Below, one piece after another: positions 1 through 9,589 of a DNA stretch of 64,000 nucleotides. The notes beneath the pieces were generated by a model that saw nothing but the letters and a program-made list of their open reading frames with translations, was not told the DNA's origin and did not search any database. The first letter of the stretch is position 1, and each line of letters starts with the position of its first letter. The DNA is from an uncultured Coriobacteriia bacterium (lineage in GTDB: Bacteria > Actinomycetota > Coriobacteriia > Coriobacteriales > QAMH01), in the NCBI GenBank assembly GCA_902475535.1, contig CABRZR010000008.1:12217-76216 (forward strand), in the 5' to 3' direction. The position numbers and the translations under genes were made by a program.

Positions 1-932
1 TCCGGGTTTCGACCGGTTGTGATCGCGGATCCTCGCTGTTCTACGGCATGAACGCCCTCGAGCGCGTGAGCGTGGGCGATGGCTGGACCTTCCAGGGCAG
101 TGGCGGTTTGGGGACTTCGCTGCCCACGGCCACCTGGCTCTCCGGTGCCACCTCCAAGACCTTCACCGCCCGCCAGATTGCCGACGAGCGAAACAACATG
201 GCCGACGTGTATGTGAAGTATCGTCCCTCCACGCCGGGGCCCATCATCAGCTATGGTAATGGCCAGAACTGGGCGCATGGTTCCATGGGCGGCGCGGCGT
301 TTCGTTCGACGGGCAAGCTCGCCGATCTCTCGTGCGTGCGCGTGGACGGCAAGATCATCGCCCGCGGCAACTATGACCAGCGCGATGACGAGGGGTCGAC
401 GCTCGTCACGCTTAAGCCCGCATATCTGGAGACGATTGACAACGGGACGCACACGATCGATCTCGTGTTTGCCACGGGAACGGCGAGCGCCAGCTTTAGC
501 GTGAGCGGCAACACGTCGGGTACGGTTCTCGATCCTGTCACCATGTTCCGCTTGTACAACCCCAACAGCGGCGAGCACTTCTACACCTCGAGCACCGTCG
601 AGCGTGACAACTGCGTGAGCGTCGGTTGGAACGACGAGGGTGTGGGCTGGGTGGCGCCTGCCGCCGGAGACCCGGTCTACCGTCTCTATAACCAGTACGG
701 TGGCGAGCACCATTACACGACGAGCGTCGTGGAACGAGACAACCTCATCAGCGTGGGCTGGAACGACGAAGGCGTGGGCTGGTACTCGGGTGGATCCGTG
801 CGCCTGGACCGCCAGTACAACCCCAACGCCTATGCGAACAACCATAACTACACGTCAAGTACCGTCGAGAAGGAGAATCTCCTGAGCCTGGGCTGGCAGG
901 ACGAAGGCACCGCCTGGTACGGCGTGCAGTAG
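1..932 (+). CDS. 3' part of a secreted/cell-surface protein gene whose start lies upstream of the window. The C-terminus carries three DUF5648-like ~35-aa repeats.
   Basis: The frame of listed ORF 48..932 stays open back to base 3 (RVSTGCDRGSSLFYGMNALERVSV..), so the gene is 5'-truncated by the window. Three tandem repeats are present: FRLYNPNSGEHFYTSSTVERDNCVSVGWNDEGVGW, YRLYNQYGGEHHYTTSVVERDNLISVGWNDEGVGW and RQYNPNAYANNHNYTSSTVEKENLLSLGWQDEGTAW. The family name is from memory of this motif. Confidence 0.6.
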   Translation, partial: RVSTGCDRGSSLFYGMNALERVSVGDGWTFQGSGGLGTSLPTATWLSGATSKTFTARQIADERNNMADVYVKYRPSTPGPIISYGNGQNWAHGSMGGAAFRSTGKLADLSCVRVDGKIIARGNYDQRDDEGSTLVTLKPAYLETIDNGTHTIDLVFATGTASASFSVSGNTSGTVLDPVTMFRLYNPNSGEHFYTSSTVERDNCVSVGWNDEGVGWVAPAAGDPVYRLYNQYGGEHHYTTSVVERDNLISVGWNDEGVGWYSGGSVRLDRQYNPNAYANNHNYTSSTVEKENLLSLGWQDEGTAWYGVQ

Positions 933-948
933 GCTTGCAAGAGCGGCT

Positions 949-1233
949 CTACGCCGGATCGGCGGCGTTGAGCCGCAATGCGCAGGCCTGAAGCTCGTCG
1001 GCGAGTGCAGGTGTGATGGGTTCGGAGAGTTCCCCGCCCGATTGCAGGGCATCGTCGAGGGCGAGCATGCGACGCACGAAGGCCTCGTTATCGGCATCGA
1101 ACATGCGCAGGCGCCGTGCAGCGGCAAGACCGGCGTCGATGTCGTTTGACTGCGCGACACGGCGCAGGTGCAAGATCACCAGGTTGACCGAGCCGTGAAA
1201 GCGGCGCTCGATGGGGACTTCGGTCTGGGGCAT
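949..1233 (-). CDS. hypothetical small protein (94 aa)
   Basis: The ORF lies 15 bp downstream of the thiM / thiamine-binding gene pair on the same strand. It has no recognisable motif. Confidence 0.3.
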   Translation of the reverse strand: MPQTEVPIERRFHGSVNLVILHLRRVAQSNDIDAGLAAARRLRMFDADNEAFVRRMLALDDALQSGGELSEPITPALADELQACALRLNAADPA

Positions 1234-1248
1234 GCGTGCTCGCCTCCC

Positions 1249-1545
1249 TTAATCGAGGATAGCGTCGATTTTGGCGACCTTGCTCGTCATGGTATTTGTG
1301 TGACCAGGTCGGATGTCAGCCTTGAGGATGACCTCGGTGCGGATGCCGCGCTCCGCCAGGACGAAGGTCGCGTCCTTCACGACCCGCATGACCTCGTCAT
1401 ATTCGCCCTCTATCTCGGTAAACATCGAATTGGTGCGCGAGGGGAGTCCCGAATCGCGGATGACGCGGATGACCTCGGCCACGTATTCGGACAGCTCCTC
1501 GCCTTCGCCGAAGGGCGCGATGGCGATGGCAACAAGCGTGTTCAT
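1249..1545 (-). CDS. MTH1187/YkoF-family (DUF77) thiamine-binding protein
   Basis: The 98-aa product MNTLVAIAIAPFGEGEELSEYVAEVIRVIRDSGLPSRTNSMFTEIEGEYDEVMRVV.. has the size and pattern of this family. It sits 1 bp downstream of thiM. Confidence 0.7.
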   Translation of the reverse strand: MNTLVAIAIAPFGEGEELSEYVAEVIRVIRDSGLPSRTNSMFTEIEGEYDEVMRVVKDATFVLAERGIRTEVILKADIRPGHTNTMTSKVAKIDAILD

Positions 1546-1546
1546 G

Positions 1547-2398
1547 CTAGGCCTCCTCGAGCGTCAGGGGATTGGCGGCGATGTCTTCGGGTGTGGCGCG
1601 ATACAGCTCGTCGAGGAATGCGACCTTGAAGCTTGCGGGTGCGTCCGTGTGACTGGCTGCGCGGGTTGCGGCGAGGTTGAAGGCCGCACTCGCGGTGAGG
1701 GCAGCGGTGAAGGGGTCAGCGCAGGCGGCGTATACGGCGGCAACGCCTCCAAGTGCACAGCCGAAGCCGGTCACTTTCTCCATGAGAGGGGAGCCGCCTT
1801 GCGAATGGGCAACTAGCTTCCCATCGGTGATGAGATCGATGGGCCCGGATACGGCGACGGCACCTTTGATGTGGCGAGCGAGTGCGATGGCAGCGTCACG
1901 GGCACCATCGACGCTGTCGGTGGAGTCGACGCCCTTAACGCCACTGGTTGCATAGTTGCCTTCGAGCCCCCAGAACTTGGCGAGCGCGATGGCTTCGGAG
2001 GCGTTACAGCGGATGATGGTGGGCGTGTGTTCCTTCATATGTGCAAGGATGTGTCCGCGCACCTCACCCAGGCCAATGCCGACGGGATCGAGCACCCAGG
2101 GTGTTTCATGCTCGCAGAGGGCAGTTGCGGTACGGCACATTGCCTCCTCGTGGGAGGGCAGCAGCGTGCCCACGTTGATGTAGAATGCCCCGGATTGCGC
2201 ACCCAGGGCCTCGCCCTCGTCGGGCAGATAGACCATCGCGGCAGACCCACCAGCTGCAAGCTGAGCATTTGCGACAAAGTCGACGGTTACGTAATTGGTG
2301 ATGGAGCCCGCAAGCGGAGCGGTCTCTTTGACGGCGGATACGGTGGCGAGGATGCGTTCGCGGGTTTGGTCGAGAGATTGCATCGGGTTTATCTCCAT
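1547..2398 (-). CDS. thiM: hydroxyethylthiazole kinase
   Basis: The 283-aa product contains ..SITNYVTVDFVANAQLAAGGSAAMV.. and ..KVTGFGCALGGVAAVYAA.., which is a typical ThiM layout. Confidence 0.9.
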   Translation of the reverse strand: MEINPMQSLDQTRERILATVSAVKETAPLAGSITNYVTVDFVANAQLAAGGSAAMVYLPDEGEALGAQSGAFYINVGTLLPSHEEAMCRTATALCEHETPWVLDPVGIGLGEVRGHILAHMKEHTPTIIRCNASEAIALAKFWGLEGNYATSGVKGVDSTDSVDGARDAAIALARHIKGAVAVSGPIDLITDGKLVAHSQGGSPLMEKVTGFGCALGGVAAVYAACADPFTAALTASAAFNLAATRAASHTDAPASFKVAFLDELYRATPEDIAANPLTLEEA

Positions 2399-2575
2399 TC
2401 TAGGTGGGAATGCGAGCTCTCATTCTAGCGCACGGGGGAGATTTCTCCACTTCAGGGGAGCGTGTCCGGCACGCTGTCTCAAATCACGGTCAAACGGGAT
2501 GAATTGGCTCGTTTTTGAGACAGCATGCCAGGCACGCCGTCCGCCGTCTAAGCGTTGTCTGGTAGACTGCGACGC

Positions 2576-2848
2576 ATGGACGACAAGCCGGCATATGAGT
2601 ATCCGTTCTTCTCGCATGAGTCGTGCGAGTACTTTCCCTGTCACGAGGGCATCGCCCCGGACGAGTTCAATTGCCTGTTTTGCTACTGCCCTCTCTATGC
2701 GCTCGGACCGCGTTGCGGCGGGGATTTCACCTATACCGATGCCGGTGTCAAGGACTGTTCTGCGTGCGCGTTGCCGCATCGCGCAGATGCCGGCACGCGC
2801 TTGGTGATGGAACATTATGACGAGCTCAAGGCACTTTCGAAAAAGTGA
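2576..2848 (+). CDS. cysteine-rich small-domain protein (putative metal-binding)
   Basis: ATG at 2576 gives MDDKPAYEYPFFSHESCEYFPCHEGIAPDEFNCLFCYCPLYALGPRCGG..CSAC, the C..FPCH....F.C.FCYCP signature of the cysteine-rich small domain. The track start at 2555 is a TTG. Confidence 0.6.
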   Translation: MDDKPAYEYPFFSHESCEYFPCHEGIAPDEFNCLFCYCPLYALGPRCGGDFTYTDAGVKDCSACALPHRADAGTRLVMEHYDELKALSKK

Positions 2849-2947
2849 TAAAGGTTGCCTATGTCATTCATCGGAGAATAATACGCGTAAACCGATTTTT
2901 TGCATGTATTTGCCGCTGCTAACACACATATTATTAAACTAGATTAC

Positions 2948-3817
2948 ATGGAAGACGCGGGGAAGACAGACAAGGTGTTTCAATCGATCGAGTGCTCGGA
3001 TGCTCTCGAACGCTTTCTCTCTTCCGATGAAGGTGCTGGGTCGGGTTACGGTGTCGCCGCATACGTCGGCACGAGTTTTGTCATCTGCCGCATTTACGAT
3101 CTCCAGACAAACGAGTTGCTCGCCACGCTGCAAAAATCAGGTGACTTTGCCTCGCTTTCGGGCACGAAGCTCAAGAACACGCTGGCTGATGTGCTCGATG
3201 AGCTTGCCGAGCAAGCGCATGTCCCGCTTTCCAAGATTAACGTTGCCGTCGTGAGTGGCACGACGGCCATGGAAAGCAAGGTTGCCGGTCTCGAGCAGCC
3301 CGAGCTTCTGCATGACCTCGAGGAGGAGCTGGGGGAGTTCGGCCGCGATGTCGAGTACATGCTCGCCGGCTCAAACTCGATTGCCGTCGGACAAGCCTAC
3401 TTCGTGCCGTGTCTTGCCGCGGAGGTGGGCGGCGATGTCATCTGCAACTTGCTCGCCATCGACATACTCGGTGCCGATAAGCCACAGCTCATCGTCAACA
3501 CGGGCTCGCGCGGGACGTCCGGCATCGTGCTCGTGTACGGCAGCAAAGACAAGCTTTCGGTATGCGTCGTCCCCGACGGCGTCAGCACCAAGGACGCCAT
3601 GGGTCGCCTGCTTGACGTGTGCCAGGCCGAGCTTGGGCATATCGAGCGCATGCTCGTGTCGGGCGATGTCGATGTTGAGGTTCCGTCTGAGCTCAGCGAC
3701 AAGGCGCAGCGTGTGCCCGATGTTGCGATTGAGGGAACGAGTGCCGTGCTGCTGAGCGAGGCGGCCGAGGACGAACTCTGCCGCATCGTATCCTCGTGCA
3801 ATATCATCGAGGTATAA
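2948..3817 (+). CDS. hypothetical protein, possibly a degenerate ASKHA-fold (DUF4445/RACo-like) protein
   Basis: The motifs GVAAYVGTSFVICRIYDL, VAVVSGTTAMESKVAGL, FVPCLAAEVGGDVICNLLA and LIVNTGSRGTSGIVLV loosely parallel the phosphate/adenosine motifs of DUF4445 ATPases. The first motif lacks the usual Asp. The start could be ATG 2948 or TTG 2900. Confidence 0.4.
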   Translation: MEDAGKTDKVFQSIECSDALERFLSSDEGAGSGYGVAAYVGTSFVICRIYDLQTNELLATLQKSGDFASLSGTKLKNTLADVLDELAEQAHVPLSKINVAVVSGTTAMESKVAGLEQPELLHDLEEELGEFGRDVEYMLAGSNSIAVGQAYFVPCLAAEVGGDVICNLLAIDILGADKPQLIVNTGSRGTSGIVLVYGSKDKLSVCVVPDGVSTKDAMGRLLDVCQAELGHIERMLVSGDVDVEVPSELSDKAQRVPDVAIEGTSAVLLSEAAEDELCRIVSSCNIIEV

Positions 3818-3844
3818 CAAGCTGCAGAAATAATAGGTATACTC

Positions 3845-3870
3845 CATCACTCTACTGTGGTAGAGTGATG
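3845..3870. promoter_or_regulatory. 10-bp perfect inverted repeat (CATCACTCTA-N6-TAGAGTGATG) just upstream of a TATAGT box (3881-3886). Candidate operator/promoter of the his operon.
   Basis: Read directly from the sequence. It lies in the 101-bp gap before hisZ. Confidence 0.3.
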
Positions 3871-3918
3871 CATGTTGCGCTATAGTGTGCAATCACGCGA
3901 TTTGAAGGAGAACGCACG

Positions 3919-5037
3919 ATGATTCCCAAAACGCCGCGCGGCTTTCGCGACGTGCTGCCCACCGAAGCGGCATGGCGACGCTCGACGAGCGATGTCGTTT
4001 GCAGGCAGTTTGAGCTATGGGGCTATCAGCCCATCGAGACGCCGGCCGTGGAGCTTGCCGCCGTGCTCGACGATGCGCGTAGCCTCGATAACACGGCCGC
4101 ACAGTTTACGACGAGTGCCGAAGCGCCATTCCGCTTCTTCGACAGTGACAGCAACCTTGTCGTGTTGCGTCCGGATGTGACCATTCCCGTGGCACGCTTG
4201 GCCGCGACGCGCCTGCGCGAGAAACCCGGCCCGTTCCGCTTTTACTATAGCGAACCCGTCTTCACCGAGCGCGCGTCCACGTATGGCCAGGAGCGCCAGT
4301 TCACGCAACTGGGCATCGAGTTCATCGGGCGTGCGGGCTATATCGCCGATGCCGAGGTCTTGAGCGTGTGCATGGAGGCGCTCGCGGCAGCCGGCGTGCG
4401 CGACTTCACCGTGGCCATAGGCACGGTCGGCGTGCTCAACGCGCTCGTGCGCTCGGCATGCGACGATGATGCGTGGCGCGATCAGGTGCTGCGCGCCTTC
4501 CACAAGTCCGACATGGTCGCTGTGGATGCGCTCAGCTGCGCCGATGGGGTCAAGTCCGCGTATGGTCAGGCCATCGCCAAGCTCGCGCGCACGCGCGGCG
4601 GGGCAGAGGCGTTCGAGGCCTGCCGTGCGATTTGCGAGCCGCTCGGCTGCGTCGATGGACTCGACGAACTCGAGAAGACCTACGAGCTGGTCGTCGCCAA
4701 TACGCGGAGTGGCAAGCTCATCGTCGATTTTTCGATCGTCTCGTCCTTCGACTACTACACCGGTCTCGTCTTCAAGGCGTACGCGCCGCAAGTGCCGGCT
4801 TCGCTTGCAAGCGGCGGGCGCTACGACACCACGCTTGCGGCCTTTGGACGCAATGAGCCGGCTGCTGGCTTTGCCATCGGCCTGGAGCGCGTCTTGGCCG
4901 CCATCGAGGCCCAGGGTGCTACGCCACCGGATACACGCGCACAGGAAACGCTGCATGGCAATGATCCCTATGAACTCTTCGCGCAGGCGGCACGCTTGCG
5001 CGGGCAGGGCATTCGCGTCGAGTTGGGTGGTGAGTAG
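3919..5037 (+). CDS. hisZ: ATP phosphoribosyltransferase regulatory subunit (HisRS paralogue)
   Basis: MIPKTPRGFRDVLPTEAAWRR.. shows a HisS-like catalytic core at 372 aa with no anticodon-binding domain. A short-form hisG follows immediately. Confidence 0.85.
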   Translation: MIPKTPRGFRDVLPTEAAWRRSTSDVVCRQFELWGYQPIETPAVELAAVLDDARSLDNTAAQFTTSAEAPFRFFDSDSNLVVLRPDVTIPVARLAATRLREKPGPFRFYYSEPVFTERASTYGQERQFTQLGIEFIGRAGYIADAEVLSVCMEALAAAGVRDFTVAIGTVGVLNALVRSACDDDAWRDQVLRAFHKSDMVAVDALSCADGVKSAYGQAIAKLARTRGGAEAFEACRAICEPLGCVDGLDELEKTYELVVANTRSGKLIVDFSIVSSFDYYTGLVFKAYAPQVPASLASGGRYDTTLAAFGRNEPAAGFAIGLERVLAAIEAQGATPPDTRAQETLHGNDPYELFAQAARLRGQGIRVELGGE

Positions 5038-5038
5038 C

Positions 5039-5701
5039 ATGGAGCGGAGAAACTTGCGCATCGCCGTGTCGAAGGGCTCGTTGTTCGGCGACGCGGTGGA
5101 GCTGCTGACCGAGGCGGGACTCGATACCACGGGCCTGGCCGATCCGGGTAGGCGTCTCATCATCTCGAACCCCGGCGTCGATTTCATCATCGTGCGACCG
5201 ACGGATGCCCCGGTCTTCGTCACCTACGGCGGAGCCGACTGCGGCATTTGCGGCAAGGATACGCTTGTCGAAGCGGGGCTTTCGGTCATGGAGCTCGTGG
5301 ACCTCAAGTTCGGATACTGTCGCTTCATCGTGGCCGAGCCCGAGGAGCGCCGTGGCATTGCCGAGGAGAATTACGAGCGTCTCGGGGTGCTGCGCATCGC
5401 CACGAAGTACCCCAACATTACGCGCTCCTTCTTCGAGAAGAAGGGCGTGCAGGTCGATATCATCAAGATGCATGGCAACATCGAGCTCGCGCCGCTTGTG
5501 GGCATGGCCGACCGTATCGTCGACATCACGGCGACGGGTACGACGCTGCGTGAGAACAATCTGCGTATCGTTGACGAGGTGCTTTCGTCAACGGCGCGTT
5601 TCATCGCGAATTCCGCATCTGTGCGCACCGATGCGCGCGTGCGCGAACTGGCGACGCGACTCGAGGATCTGACGCGGGATCGTGACGTGAGCTTGAGTTG
5701 A
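5039..5701 (+). CDS. hisG: ATP phosphoribosyltransferase, short form
   Basis: ATG 5039 gives MERRNLRIAVSKGSLFGDAVELLTEAGLD..FIIVRPTDAPVFVTYGGADCGICGKD. The start is 1 bp after the hisZ TAG. The track ORF 4466..5701 is an upstream extension of the same frame. Confidence 0.9.
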   Translation: MERRNLRIAVSKGSLFGDAVELLTEAGLDTTGLADPGRRLIISNPGVDFIIVRPTDAPVFVTYGGADCGICGKDTLVEAGLSVMELVDLKFGYCRFIVAEPEERRGIAEENYERLGVLRIATKYPNITRSFFEKKGVQVDIIKMHGNIELAPLVGMADRIVDITATGTTLRENNLRIVDEVLSSTARFIANSASVRTDARVRELATRLEDLTRDRDVSLS

Positions 5702-5734
5702 GACAACGGGCAACGTGCCTGGCACGCTGTCTCA
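5699..5734. repeat. palindromic element, family P1 (TGAGACA...TGTCTCA)
   Basis: TGAGACAACGGGCAACGTGCCTGGCACGCTGTCTCA. Its first TGA is the hisG stop codon. Confidence 0.85.
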
Positions 5735-5778
5735 TATTGTGGACAAATGACTCGTTTTGACGAGGGAAGGGACGGAAG

Positions 5779-7140
5779 ATGAGGACGATCGTACTGGAAG
5801 AGGGGCAGAGCTTCGATGCGTCGTTGCTCGAGAGGGACAGCGCATTCGATGCCGAAGCGCTCAAGGCGGCCACCGACATCGTCGACACCGTGCGCCGCGA
5901 GGGCGATGCGGCCCTGCGCGCGTATTCGGAGCGCTTCGACGGCGTGACGCTCGGGGAGCTCGAGGTGAGCGACGAGGAAATCGACGCCGCGCTCGAGACG
6001 GTGGACGAGGAGTTCCTGCGCTCGATCGAGTATGCGGCCGACAACATCGCCGAGTTCCATCAGCGCCAGCTGCAGCAGTCGTGGTTCACGACGCGCGATG
6101 ACGGTGCCATCACCGGTCAGCGCTTCACGGCCCTCGAGCGTGCGGGCATCTACGTGCCCGGCGGGCGCGCCCAGTACCCTTCGACCGTGCTCATGAACGC
6201 GATTCCGGCATCTGTGGCCGGTGTGGACGAGATCATCATGTGCACGCCTCCGTCCAAGGATGGCACGGTCAATCCCTATACGCTCGCTGCCGCGTCCGTG
6301 GCCGGCGTGGATCGCATCTTCAAGGTGGGCGGAGCCCAGGCCGTCGCCGCCATGGCCTACGGCACCGACACGATTCCCAAGGTCGATAAGGTGACGGGGC
6401 CGGGCAATGCGTTCGTTGCGGCTGCCAAGAAGCTCGTCAACGGCGACGTTGGTATCGACATGATCGCCGGCCCCTCTGAGGTGTGCGTGGTGGCCGACGA
6501 GAGCGCCGTGCCCGAGTTCATCGCCATCGACCTCATGGCGCAGGCCGAGCATGATCCAAAGGCAACTTGTTACTTAATCACGACCGAGGAGGGCATGCTC
6601 GATGACATCGACGCCGCGCTCGAGACGCTGCTCGAGCAGTCTCCGCGCCGCGAGATCACCGAGGCATCGCTCGAACACGGACTCGTCGTCGTCTGCAAGA
6701 CGCTTACGCAGGTCTTCGAGACGGTCAACGTGATCGCGCCCGAGCACCTCGAGATCAACATGTCTGATCCATGGGAGCTTCTGGGGGCGGTGCGCAATGC
6801 CGGCGCCATCTTCCTCGGCTCCTGGACGCCCGAGGCCGTGGGCGATTACGCGGCTGGTCCCAACCACACGCTGCCGACCGGCGGCACCGCCGCGTTCTCG
6901 AGTCCGCTTTCGGTCGATGACTTCGTGAAGCGCTCCTCGGTGCTGAGCTATTCCTTCGATGCGCTCGAGGCCGATGCCGACGCCGTCATGACCATGGCAG
7001 CTCGCGAGGGACTCTGGGCGCACGGACGCTCGGTTGACCTGCGTCTCAAGTTCATGGAGTACGTGACCGAGCAGCTGGCTGGCGAGGACGAAGAGCACGA
7101 ATGCGGTTGCGGTTGCGACCATGACCACGGCAAGGAGTAG
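5779..7140 (+). CDS. hisD: histidinol dehydrogenase with a C-terminal His/Cys-rich tail
   Basis: The 453-aa product has typical HisD motifs (..[18 protein letters not shown].., ..QAEHDP.., ..[13 protein letters not shown]..). It ends in [16 protein letters not shown]. Confidence 0.9.
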   Translation: MRTIVLEEGQSFDASLLERDSAFDAEALKAATDIVDTVRREGDAALRAYSERFDGVTLGELEVSDEEIDAALETVDEEFLRSIEYAADNIAEFHQRQLQQSWFTTRDDGAITGQRFTALERAGIYVPGGRAQYPSTVLMNAIPASVAGVDEIIMCTPPSKDGTVNPYTLAAASVAGVDRIFKVGGAQAVAAMAYGTDTIPKVDKVTGPGNAFVAAAKKLVNGDVGIDMIAGPSEVCVVADESAVPEFIAIDLMAQAEHDPKATCYLITTEEGMLDDIDAALETLLEQSPRREITEASLEHGLVVVCKTLTQVFETVNVIAPEHLEINMSDPWELLGAVRNAGAIFLGSWTPEAVGDYAAGPNHTLPTGGTAAFSSPLSVDDFVKRSSVLSYSFDALEADADAVMTMAAREGLWAHGRSVDLRLKFMEYVTEQLAGEDEEHECGCGCDHDHGKE

Positions 7141-7146
7141 ACGCGC

Positions 7147-8232
7147 ATGAGAGAGGTGCGGCGTAGCGCCGACGCGCTCGTGGGGATGCTTCCCTACGAT
7201 CCCAAGTACAAGAAAAGCAACACATTGCTTTCTGCAAACGAGAGCCCGCTCAACGTGCCCGATGAGGTGCTTGAGGCGGTTATCGAGCGCATGCGTACGC
7301 TCGATTTCAACCGCTACCCTGATCCGCTCGCCAATGCGCTGCGCGTTGCGATCGCCGAATGGCATGGCCTCAAGGCGGCTAACGTGCTCGTTGGCAATGG
7401 TGGTGACGAGCTGCTCTACGACATCTTCGCCGCCTGGGGAGGGCCGGACCGCGCGCTCTTGAACTTTCCGCCCACGTTCTCGGTGTACGAAACGAATGCC
7501 GTGCTCACGTCCACGCAGGTTGTCAACCTGCCGCGTAGCCAGGATGACTGGTCCATTGACGTGGATCGCGCATGTGAGCGCCTGGCCAAGGGCGACATCG
7601 ACATCGTCGTCATCACGAACCCGAACAACCCGACGGGCACGCTGACGCCGCTCGAGGACATTCGCCGCATTCTGGACGCGAGTGATGCGCTCGTGCTCGT
7701 GGACGAGGCATACGGCGAGTTTGCGGATGAGAGCGCGGCCAAGCTGCTCGACGAGTACGAGAACCTGCTCATCTTGCATACCTTCTCGAAAGCGTACCGC
7801 TGCGCAGGTATCCGCCTAGGGTATTTCCTCGGCAATCCGAGCGTGATCAACGAGTTCAAGAAGGTGCGCCAGCCTTATTCGGTCGATGCGATCAGCCAGA
7901 TCGTGGGCGAGGAGGTCGTGCGCCATCGCGAGCTGTTTGCAGAGGGTATTGCGCAGACACGCGTCGAGCGCGATCGCCTTATTGCGGCACTCTCGCAGCT
8001 CGACAAGGTCACGGTGTATCCGAGCGAGGCTAACTTCGTGATGCTCAAGCTCCCGTTTGCGGTGCGCACCTGGAACGACCTGGACGAGAAGCATTCGGTG
8101 CTCGTGCGCAACGTGTCGGGGGAGAATCACCTGGCTGGTTGCCTGCGCGTGACGGTGGGCACTCCCGAGGAAAACGATCGCTTCCTCGACGCGCTCAAGA
8201 CCGAGCTCGACGACCTGGCGAATCAACGATAG
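7147..8232 (+). CDS. hisC: histidinol-phosphate aminotransferase
   Basis: The product contains LSANESPLNVPDEVLEAV..YPDP..NPNNPTG..FSKAY, a class II aminotransferase pattern in his operon context. Confidence 0.9.
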   Translation: MREVRRSADALVGMLPYDPKYKKSNTLLSANESPLNVPDEVLEAVIERMRTLDFNRYPDPLANALRVAIAEWHGLKAANVLVGNGGDELLYDIFAAWGGPDRALLNFPPTFSVYETNAVLTSTQVVNLPRSQDDWSIDVDRACERLAKGDIDIVVITNPNNPTGTLTPLEDIRRILDASDALVLVDEAYGEFADESAAKLLDEYENLLILHTFSKAYRCAGIRLGYFLGNPSVINEFKKVRQPYSVDAISQIVGEEVVRHRELFAEGIAQTRVERDRLIAALSQLDKVTVYPSEANFVMLKLPFAVRTWNDLDEKHSVLVRNVSGENHLAGCLRVTVGTPEENDRFLDALKTELDDLANQR

Positions 8233-8253
8233 GGACGCAGGAGGGGTTCACAT

Positions 8254-8844
8254 ATGGGACGTTGCTCCGAGATTACGCGTACGACGCGCGAGACGGACAT
8301 CACGATACGACTTGACCTCGATGGCACGGGGGTTACCGATATCGACACTGGCGTGCCGTTCTTCGATCACATGCTCGACGCCTTCGGGCGTCACGGGCTC
8401 TTTGACCTTACCGTGCACGCTACGGGCGACGTGGATGTCGAGGCGCATCATACGGTCGAGGATTGCGGCATCGTGCTCGGGCAGTGCTTTGCGCAGGCGC
8501 TTGGCGATTGTCGCGGCATCGTGCGCTACGGTTCGATCATTCTGCCGATGGACGAGGCGCTCGTCATGGCGGCGGTCGACATTTCCGGCCGCGGCCAGTT
8601 GCACTACGACGTCGAGATGACCTGCCCGCTGCTCGGCAGCTTCGACGTGACGCTCGCGCAGGAGTTCTTCATCGCGCTGGCTGCCAATATGGGCGCTACG
8701 CTCAACATCCGCTCGGTGACCGGGCGCAACATGCATCACATTCTCGAGGCGGCCTTCAAGGCGGCAGCGCGTGCCATCAGCGCGGCCGTGGCCATCAACC
8801 CGCGCATCGCCAACGAGGTCCCCTCGACCAAGGGCGTGCTGTAA
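8254..8844 (+). CDS. hisB: imidazoleglycerol-phosphate dehydratase
   Basis: The product reads ..TRTTRETDITIRLDLDGTG..DTGVPFFDHML..HHTVED..HHILEAAFKA. Confidence 0.9.
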   Translation: MGRCSEITRTTRETDITIRLDLDGTGVTDIDTGVPFFDHMLDAFGRHGLFDLTVHATGDVDVEAHHTVEDCGIVLGQCFAQALGDCRGIVRYGSIILPMDEALVMAAVDISGRGQLHYDVEMTCPLLGSFDVTLAQEFFIALAANMGATLNIRSVTGRNMHHILEAAFKAAARAISAAVAINPRIANEVPSTKGVL

Positions 8845-9515
8845 TGGCCGCCACGATTGCCGTCGTCGACTACTGCAAGGGCAATTTGGCTAGCGTGCAG
8901 CGTGGCCTTGCCGATGCGGGTTACGATGCGCGTATCACCGACAGCCCCGCTGACATCCTGGCCGCCGATGGCGTGGTGCTGCCCGGTGTGGGCGCTTTCA
9001 CCGATGCGATGACGACAATGGAGGGGACGGGGCAGGCTGACGCATTGCGTACGGCCGTAGCCGATGGAGTGCCGTTTCTGGGGATTTGCCTCGGCATGCA
9101 TCTGCTCTTCGATTGGGGCGACGAGGGTCAGCCTGAGGGCGAGCGCCTGGCGGGATTGGGTGTATTGCCCGGCCATATCGAGCGCATGGCGGCGTTCGAC
9201 GCGACGGGGGTTAAGCACAAGATTCCGCACGTGGGCTGGAACTCGATCGAGTTCGTTGACGGTCTTGCAGGGCGTGCGGATGTCGCACGCCTCTTCGACG
9301 GCATCGAAGATGGCGAACACTTCTACTTCACGCATTCCTATTGCGCAGTTCCCGATGACCAGGGCGATTTGGTGGCGACGAGCGAACACGCGCGGCGTTT
9401 TGCCTGCGCCGTGGCGCGTGACAATGTCTTTGGCGTGCAATTCCATCCCGAGAAGTCCTCTCACCTGGGATTACGGCTGCTCGAGAACTTCGGCGGGATT
9501 GTCGAAAGCGCATAA
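8844..9515 (+). CDS. hisH: imidazole glycerol phosphate synthase, glutamine amidotransferase subunit
   Basis: ATG 8844 overlaps the hisB TAA (TAATG). The product reads MAATIAVVDYCKGNLASVQRGL..LPGVGAF..GICLGMHLLF..HSY. Confidence 0.9.
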   Translation: MAATIAVVDYCKGNLASVQRGLADAGYDARITDSPADILAADGVVLPGVGAFTDAMTTMEGTGQADALRTAVADGVPFLGICLGMHLLFDWGDEGQPEGERLAGLGVLPGHIERMAAFDATGVKHKIPHVGWNSIEFVDGLAGRADVARLFDGIEDGEHFYFTHSYCAVPDDQGDLVATSEHARRFACAVARDNVFGVQFHPEKSSHLGLRLLENFGGIVESA

Positions 9516-9589
9516 AGCTGCTCAGAATTAGATGTTTTGACTAAGAAAGTGCATTTGACCAAGATACGGGAAGAAACGGCAGGTAGATC

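Noticed and set aside
2399-2575. Expected TPP (THI-box) riboswitch upstream of thiM
   Set aside because: The minus-strand leader contains only a weak ..GUGCGC..AUGAGAGC.. resemblance. It lacks the ACCUGAUCUGGAUAAUGCCAGCG/AGGGA half of the THI-box, and the gap is mostly occupied by degenerate FB and P1 repeat fragments. A cmscan with RF00059 would settle this.
3818-3918. T-box or leader-peptide attenuator for the his operon
   Set aside because: The region is only 101 nt. It has no run of His codons, no specifier or T-box sequence, and no terminator/antiterminator pair. Only the short palindrome was retained, as a low-confidence operator.
4015-7779. Long minus-strand ORFs 4015..5223, 5371..6552 and 6574..7779 across the his operon
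   Set aside because: They lie antisense to clearly recognisable hisZ/hisG/hisD/hisC and their translations have no motifs. They are high-GC shadow ORFs.
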